NCBI GenBank assembly: GCA_013115145.1
Contig: JAAPAO010000262.1
Span: 1-45,764 of the forward strand
Origin: Perkinsus chesapeaki ATCC PRA-425
Taxonomy: Eukaryota; Protista; Perkinsozoa
Direction of reading: 5' to 3'
Length of the DNA stretch: 45,764 nucleotides
Shown: positions 39,201 through 45,764 of the stretch, in pieces
Layout: the number at the start of each line of letters is the position of its first letter
Position numbering within the stretch: position 1 is the stretch's first letter
Notes under the pieces: model-generated
Databases searched by the model: none
Told to the model about the DNA's origin: nothing
What the model saw: only the letters and a program-made list of their open reading frames with translations
Program-made: the position numbers and the translations under genes

Positions 39201-39732
39201 TATTTCAGGTCTGGCGAGGTGTCCATGGGCCAATATCTTTCACCAATGCGCCGTTCCGGAGGTAAGCCAGCAGTATTCCCACCGGCTTTGGATAGCTCCA
39301 GTTTTCGCGTCATCGAATGAGGCCTTCGAAATTGGTTGGAGTTTCTATTTATGAAAAGCTCCCGTATAAAGCGGCTTAATAGGTGGTTCTCGTCATTCTT
39401 TTCAGGCACAAGTACTTCATCGGTATCATTGACTATCTTGTACCATGGAACATAAAGAAGAGAGCAGAGCGCATCATGAACGGTTGTTTATGTCAAGGCC
39501 AAACCAGTAGCTGCCAGTCACCGTCTGTGTAGTTATTTTTTATAACTCCGATTTTTACGGTTTTTCTACTAGATATGCTTCTCGACAGCACGTGTTTTTC
39601 GCTGACCGAGTTGCCGGTCCCCATGACGGCATTCCCGCTATTGGCGCTTCTCTGCTGTCTGATAGTGAGGGAATTCGCAGTGAGGAGGTGACGATTGAGG
39701 ATACCTCTTCTGAGGAAGGAGAAGAGCAATGA
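36243..39732 (+). CDS. PIP5K: Phosphatidylinositol-phosphate 5-kinase family protein, multi-exon; 5' end uncertain
   Basis: Ordered PIPK motifs across exons: NYALAYAMMVGI, LVFEEAAPEIF, EEYLSSLC...NSKSGEFFFFSHNGKFMLKTIS, SLLTRMLGLYRL, YDLKGS, KKDLNW, DVEFLAHHGVTDYSVLVGIH, YFIGIIDYL, SPSVYASR. Stop TGA at 39730-39732. Confidence 0.9.
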
Positions 39733-39999
39733 ATTGATTTGTGTGCAAACGACTTCCCCTTCGGAATCTTATCTGTTCATTTTGTAGAGTACTTTATCAG
39801 CGTGACCTTAACAACTGCTATGTTGCGTTCGTTACAGTATGGGAGCGCAATTGCACAAACAAAGATAAAAGTGTCAAACTTCGGACAGGAGTATGCGGCG
39901 GATACCATCCGTGAGTATTTTTCTACGGAGTGCTGTATATTATTCCGAAATAAAGCTTAATTCTATGCACTATATAGCTCGCACAATTTCTGTAGATCG

Positions 40000-40021
40000 C
40001 ACAACTCAGTTGTGACAACTG
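40000..40021. mobile_element. Perfect 22-bp putative excision footprint (8-mer CACAACTG)
   Basis: CACAACT-C-AGTTGT-G-ACAACTG, intergenic. Confidence 0.7.
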
Positions 40022-40298
40022 TCGTACCATCGTATTAATAGCTTTATTAATTTGTGATATTCTACCCATTACTCACTTTTTTACTGCCCTATCTCGTCAA
40101 CTATGAGCCCAATCTATAATAGTTGTGTAACGAGTCGTAACTTACGACTACGCTGCCCCAACGTGCAGCTGGTGTATGGCTAAGCTCAAATATAGCTTCG
40201 GTGATGTATTACTAATGTTGTCGTTTTCAGTCATGCATTCTACCATCAATTATGTTATGAGATCTGTTCATCATAGTTTGCCCCAGACTGGCCTAGAT

Positions 40299-40972
40299 AT
40301 GAGCGGTCAAGTTGATCTAAATCCCCACGTGCCTGTCGTAGAGTCGGATGGCCCCGCTAGTCTACCGACGGTTCGTATTGGCTTCTCGGGGCCTTATCCA
40401 TTCTATGCCAAAGCCGGTGAAAAGATCTATGGTCATGATGGTCCGTGGACGTCACAAAGTAGCATCGGCTGGGCGTCTTACAACGTTTTTCGCTCTAGCA
40501 TGGGATGTATTTTTCTTATCGCTTATTTGCGAGTTCGTTCTCCGCTTTCTCCTAGACTGGTAGTGCTTTGGCAACTGTCTGAGTACAGAGACAACGAGTT
40601 CAAATGTTGCTAAGTTCGTCAACTAACTGAAAGGTAGCGAAAAGTTACTTAGCTGAAGGACTTATTCAGAAGGCGGTTCTTATTGTCCCTAGTTCGGAGC
40701 ATTTTTCAAAGTAGCGAAAGTAGTGTGGGAAAACGCTCTGACAGGCGGGCCTCCCCTGCCGAGGAACTTTTCGGTAGATGAACCTTCGGTACGTGGACGT
40801 CTTGAATCGAGTCGATTATTTATCAGAAGCCGATCCCCATACCGTACATGCCACTCACGCAGCCGCTATGATCAAGGAGTTGCAAAACATAGCTAAGTCG
40901 ACAGACCAGGCTATCAGGGAAAGTAAAACTCATAAAGTGCCGTTGGTAAAGCCAGCAGTGCCGGAGAAGTAA
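40299..40972 (+). CDS. Hypothetical small protein, probably spliced
   Basis: MSGQVDLNPHVPVVESDG...PYPFYAKAGEKIYGHDGPW and ...RYVDVLNRVDYLSEADPH...KPAVPEK*. Confidence 0.35.
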
Positions 40973-42224
40973 GTCACTGCTGGAGCCAGATTGTGTGATA
41001 AAAAAGATAGTTGAAAAGCAAAGTCTTCTAGCGCTGAGTTGTTCATCGTTCAGTGACTGAACTTCAGTCTCGTAGAACTTGAAGCTGCGAACGTCTACGA
41101 GACTGCCAGGACCGCACTTCTACGGCAGAAGTGCGGCCCTGACGGACCGTGAAGCGTTACCATGATGGTAATACCATCGCGGAGGTGTGAAACAAACTAG
41201 AGTGAAAGAGCATTACTAGTAAATAGAATGGAGCCAGATGCTTCGGGGTTAAATCCTATTAGAATTTGAAAATGAAACTTTATCTTCCGGCTTGCGTTTG
41301 TTGATCTCCGCCGCAAGAAGCTTAAGCGGTAGGTAACCCTTCAGATGCGTACCATGGCATCTTAATCTTGACATGCTTCGCCTGAGGCAGGCCATAGAGA
41401 AGGCAGAGGAAGTTGAAAAGGTGTACGAACTCCCCTCACTAACCATCGGGATAATATCTGTGCCGCTCACGCCAGTTTAACGCACGACTTCCACATCGCA
41501 CCGTTCGACGCCGGCGCTCTTCCTCGGCTAGATCTCGAAGCAGTCAGCGCGCATCCAGCACGCTTTGACGATATACACGGTCACGTGAGGCCAGTCGAGC
41601 TTCAAAGTCTGAGGCACCTTCGTGATCATGTCACTAAGGTCCGGAGATTCCCGTCTATTTTGCAAGCATAGCGTCGTATTAGGTATGGGATGAAGTGCGA
41701 ACGGACAAGACCTTGGAGGGTCTAAGCGAAGAGACGAGCAAGACGATAGTCCGACCCTTCACTGAAATGAAACTGTCGGCAGATAGTCTGTACATGCACG
41801 CCAGTAAATGCCTCTTTCCACCGCACAGGCTACCGGATGCATTCAGTTCCAACATGCACAGTTTGGTGTCCCCAGCCACACAGGCATTCCTATACTTAAA
41901 AAATGTTTGCCTTCGTAGTGTACAGCAGTTGTCGACGTTAATACACCGTCTAAACTACACGCAATTTCATAGCGTGTAAGCACTTATCCCTCAAGCTTTC
42001 ATTGGGCCCAACTTATCTATGATGATGGGATCATTCTACTTTAAAAATGACTACTCATTGACGGCTCGAGGCTTAGTTTGGAAAGTCAACTGAAGTCTAC
42101 AGAACCACCAAGCATGTAATGATTTCCACGACAACTTGAACAAGCCGAGCGATAACACTTTTCTTAGGATAGTGGCTTGACAGATAAGGAAGTAAGCTTA
42201 CTACAAATATACAGGACTACCGTT

Positions 42225-43346
42225 CTATGGCCGATCAGAGTAGCGAGCGAATCTCACCAATTTACGTTGCATATCAAAGGAGGAGAAATAGGTGGTGAAA
42301 AACGGACGACCCAAAATAATTACAGCGCTATCACGAGAGATCATTTTGAGCTTATACCATTCATCATCATACTTCTGAGCATACTTCTTCGGTGGTATAC
42401 GTATGACGAGTGGACTTAGGGGATAAGAACCAACGTTGAACGTCAAGGTAGGCAAGAAGTTGTATGCTGCCTTCTCGATCAGCCAAATCAGCCCAAGGCT
42501 TTTGATTTTAAAGATCATTTTTGGATCTCTACCGGACTCATTTCTAACTAACAGACGAATCTCTTTCTTGAGGTAATCGAACTGTGCTTGTGGTAAGCTG
42601 AGCATGTATGTCCCGGTGTCGTATACAGCAGCAGCATCAGCCAGCTGTTTCGTGGAAGCTTGACCTTTTGAGCTCACCAAACCCAAACTGTTCAGATTTG
42701 TAGAAAAGTATCTGGCGGATACACCGGCCGACTTCATCGGAACTGTCATAGTAGTTAGAGTTTGGATAGCACATAGACCTTTCCACTGGCCCAACAGAAG
42801 CTGCCCACCGAAGGTAACCACGCCGCTAGCCGAGATGCATACTGAAACGGCGTACTGTTGCACGATCTTATTATTAAATAGATCTAATGGTAAAGTGTGT
42901 GGGTTATTACTGTCAGGGAAGGCTAGACCGAGATAGTTCATAGGTTTCTCAGTAGATACCGGTGAAGTGAAACCAATGATGAGGCGGAATCGGGTTTTCA
43001 GTTTATGACCAGCTACATCAATCACCCCGTCGTGCTGCACGGTCGTGATAGTCGCACCGTCGACAAATCTTAGTGTAAGGTTCTTCTCCTTGAAAGGGTC
43101 GCACGCACTCACGCAAACATAGCACATCCTGGGCGGGCATGAGCCTTTTCCGTAGACCTTCTCATACCAATCTTTGCATATAACGTGGGTGCCTCTTGCG
43201 CCCGTGTCCGTGTACAAGTCCAATGGTTGACCATCGAAGCCAATTCCGGTAACAATGGCACTGTTGAAAGGCAGGGAGATCTGGCCGATGATGAAGGGTA
43301 GCCCAACCAAAACTACGAGATAAGATTCGATAGCCGCAAGCCGCAT
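42225..43346 (-). CDS. Secreted pepsin-family (A1) aspartic protease, intronless, copy 1
   Basis: Signal-peptide-like MRLAAIESYLVVLVGLPFIIGQ; catalytic motifs LYTDTGA and VYDTGT; YLGLA; C-terminal ILGRPFF. The likely start is Met58 of the 430-aa ORF. Confidence 0.9.
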   Translation of the reverse strand: MRLAAIESYLVVLVGLPFIIGQISLPFNSAIVTGIGFDGQPLDLYTDTGARGTHVICKDWYEKVYGKGSCPPRMCYVCVSACDPFKEKNLTLRFVDGATITTVQHDGVIDVAGHKLKTRFRLIIGFTSPVSTEKPMNYLGLAFPDSNNPHTLPLDLFNNKIVQQYAVSVCISASGVVTFGGQLLLGQWKGLCAIQTLTTMTVPMKSAGVSARYFSTNLNSLGLVSSKGQASTKQLADAAAVYDTGTYMLSLPQAQFDYLKKEIRLLVRNESGRDPKMIFKIKSLGLIWLIEKAAYNFLPTLTFNVGSYPLSPLVIRIPPKKYAQKYDDEWYKLKMISRDSAVIILGRPFFTTYFSSFDMQRKLVRFARYSDRP

Positions 43347-43852
43347 CGGGGGATCGAGAAAGATGGCAGGGTGCGAGAAGGCGAACGATCGCAATGAGTC
43401 AGAGAATTCTACTTTGACACGCACGCGAGAACATCGTTGGGCGCCGCGCGACTTTTTCCTGTCGCGGATCATCATATCGGCTAAAGCAGTACTGCCGGCG
43501 ATGAAGCTTAGCCTCAATGGTTCATTTCCTCAATCCACCCCATCACCACGGTTGCCTACCGCGGTGCGAGCGATAAAACTGTGGTCTGACCTATTCCATG
43601 GGTTATATGGAGAGAGACTCCGACCTAGAATTTGTTTGAGCGGCTCTGTGGAGCTGCTCCAGAGGAGCGTCATTGCTTCCAGGGGAAAGACATAGTATAC
43701 AACAGATAATCCAGAGTTTCTGACGCTCCTAAATCGGAGAGTCTCTTTCTTATATAGCCTTTGGTATACTAACCAACATTGATAATATTATTACTCCTAC
43801 GATAATCCATGTTGGATAGCATCCATTATGGTATATCGAGAACTGAAAAGTT

Positions 43853-43874
43853 CGTACAACTTGTACGGTACAAG
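43853..43874. mobile_element. Perfect 22-bp putative excision footprint (8-mer CGTACAAG)
   Basis: CGTACAA-C-TTGTAC-G-GTACAAG, in the spacer between the two protease genes. Confidence 0.7.
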
Positions 43875-44487
43875 TAGCTACCTAATAAATTTGGATACCG
43901 TACCTCAATTTGGGCCCTAAAATTCTGATTTTCGTACTTGTAGATAGAAGACACTTTTAATTTAAAAGTTTTGAAAAGAGTCCGAATTAAGTACTCTTAA
44001 TGCAAGTCTTGCAATATTTAAAACATACCCGTTATAACCGGGATAGATACTCGTAAATTACACTATATGACGTTACGGTGTTTCATTACGACTCGTAAAT
44101 AAACTGGTCTAAGCTGCACCGTGTAGCTTAGACGCATGCTTAAAGTTTGAGCCTCAAACTACACGTTATGAAACTTCGTATAGTCTAGACGTAATTTCAT
44201 AACGTGCAAGCACTAAATCCTCGAGCTTTCATGAGACGGTCCAATTTGGACCCAACTTATCCATAATAGTGGAACCATCCTTTGAAAATGACCGCTCATT
44301 GACAAATGAACAAATCAATGTTTACAACAGAATCACCAAGCATGTAATGATTCCAATAACAATTTATAACAAGTTGTTGTCAACTTGGACAAGCCAGATG
44401 AGAAAGCCCTTCTCAGAAAAGTGGCTTGGCAGACAAGGAAGTAGACTAACTACAAATATACGGGATTACTGCTCTATCGTAGAACCT

Positions 44488-45597
44488 CTATGGTCGATCA
44501 GAGTAGCGAGCGAATTTCACCAGCTTACGCTTCATATCAAACGATGAGAAATAGGTGGTGAAAAACGGGCGACCCAAAATAATCGGCTTGCCATTATGCG
44601 TGGTGATCTTAAGCTCATACCATCTATCGTCATACTTCTGAGCATACTTCTTTGGCGGGATAAGTATAACAAGTGGGCTTAGGGAATAGGAACCAACGTT
44701 GAATGTCAGCATAGGCAAGAATTTGTATGCTGCCCTCTCGATCACCCAAGTGAACCCACGTTTTTCGATTCTCGGATCCGCACCCGAGTCATTTCTAACT
44801 AACAGACGAATCTCTTTCTTGAGGTAATCGAACTGTGCTTGTGGTAAGCTGAGCATGTATGTCCCGGTGTCGTATACAGCAGCAGCATCAGCCAGCTGTT
44901 TCGTGGAAGCTTGACCTTTTGAGCTCACCAAACCCAAACTGTTCAGATTTGTAGAAAAGTATCTGGCGGATACACCGGCCGACTTCATTGGAACTGTCAT
45001 AGTAGTTGGAGTTTGGATAGCACATAGACCTTTCCACTGGCCCAACAGAAGCTGCCCACCGAAGGTAACCACGCCGCTAGCCGAGATGCATACTGAAACG
45101 GCGTACTGTTGCACGATCTTATTATTAAATAGATCTAATGGTAAAGTGTGTGGGTTATTACTGTCAGGGAAGGCTAGACCGAGATAGTTCATAGGTTTCT
45201 CAGTAGATACCGGTGAAGTGAAACCAATGATGAGGCGGAATCGGGTTTTCAGTTTATGACCAGCTACATCAATCACCCCGTCGTGCTGCACGGTCGTGAT
45301 AGTCGAACCGTCCACGAAGCGGGTTGTATGATTCTTCATCTTGAAGGGGTCACACGCACTTACGCAAACATAGCACATCCTGGGCGGACATGAGCCTTTT
45401 CCGTAGACCTTCTCATACCAATCTTTATATATAACGTGGGTGCCTCTTGCGCCCGTGTCCATGTACAAGTCCAATGGTTGACCATCGAAGCTAATTCCGG
45501 TAACAGTGGCATCGTTGAAAGATAGGGAGATCTGGGCGATAATGAAGGGTAGCCCAACCAAAGCTACAAGGTAAGACTTAGTAGATAGAAGGAGCAT
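44488..45597 (-). CDS. Secreted pepsin-family (A1) aspartic protease, intronless, copy 2
   Basis: MLLLSTKSYLVALVGLPFIIAQ; LYMDTGA and VYDTGT; ILGRPFF. The likely start is Met43 of the 411-aa ORF. Confidence 0.9.
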   Translation of the reverse strand: MLLLSTKSYLVALVGLPFIIAQISLSFNDATVTGISFDGQPLDLYMDTGARGTHVIYKDWYEKVYGKGSCPPRMCYVCVSACDPFKMKNHTTRFVDGSTITTVQHDGVIDVAGHKLKTRFRLIIGFTSPVSTEKPMNYLGLAFPDSNNPHTLPLDLFNNKIVQQYAVSVCISASGVVTFGGQLLLGQWKGLCAIQTPTTMTVPMKSAGVSARYFSTNLNSLGLVSSKGQASTKQLADAAAVYDTGTYMLSLPQAQFDYLKKEIRLLVRNDSGADPRIEKRGFTWVIERAAYKFLPMLTFNVGSYSLSPLVILIPPKKYAQKYDDRWYELKITTHNGKPIILGRPFFTTYFSSFDMKRKLVKFARYSDRP

Positions 45598-45764
45598 CGG
45601 GAGATTGAGAACGATGGCGGAGTACGAGAAGATTAATCGCCGTCGAATCGGATGCGTGCAAGAACATCGTTGGGCGTCACGGGCGCGTGAGTGTTCGCGC
45701 GTACAAGCACGAATCTCGCTCACCCATAATTGTATGCATGAAACGGTCGCAGCTAAGCGGCTGG

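Larger units (their letters stand above)
41948..45764. repeat. Tandem duplication of about 2.25 kb period carrying the two aspartic protease genes and their 3' flanks
   Basis: 41948-43560 aligns with about 44150-45764; offset is 2251 bp in the central block. Confidence 0.85.

Noticed and set aside
41249-41660. Minus-strand gene or pseudogene between the small ORF and protease copy 1
   Set aside because: No frame or splice model was consistent enough to call.
43347-43517. N-terminal extensions of the protease ORFs (also 45598-45723)
   Set aside because: Poorly conserved between the copies and lying before a signal-peptide-like start; more likely 5' UTR or promoter.
1-45764. Perkinsus spliced-leader sequence or SL RNA gene
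   Set aside because: I found no match to ACCGTAGCCATC(T)TGGCTCAAG by eye; only short ACCGTAGC words occur.

Overview
Eukaryotic, intron-rich genomic DNA with short GT-AG introns (about 50-60 nt in the gene-dense parts) and two N gaps. Gene content and style suggest a Perkinsus-like alveolate; this is an inference, not a database result. Recognisable genes: two tRNA-Val(TAC) genes (one antisense inside a CFAP99 intron) plus a rearranged tRNA relic; CFAP99 (-); a cytochrome P450 (+); a phosphatidylinositol-phosphate 5-kinase (+); two tandem intronless pepsin-family aspartic proteases (-); several unidentified multi-exon genes. The region from about 18 to 36 kb is AT-richer and gene-poorer and holds two minisatellites. 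The main finding is in the non-coding DNA: a stereotyped 22-bp scar occurs repeatedly. Its form is 8-mer bases 1-7, complement of base 8, reverse complement of bases 2-7, complement of base 1, then bases 2-8. By eye I found 6 perfect and 8 single-mismatch copies, each built on a different 8-mer. This is the product expected if an 8-bp-TSD (hAT-type) transposon excises through flanking-DNA hairpins and the ends rejoin by microhomology. The densest cluster lies between two GATC-rich blocks that resemble the subterminal repeats of a non-autonomous transposon. Exon boundaries and all counts were made by eye.
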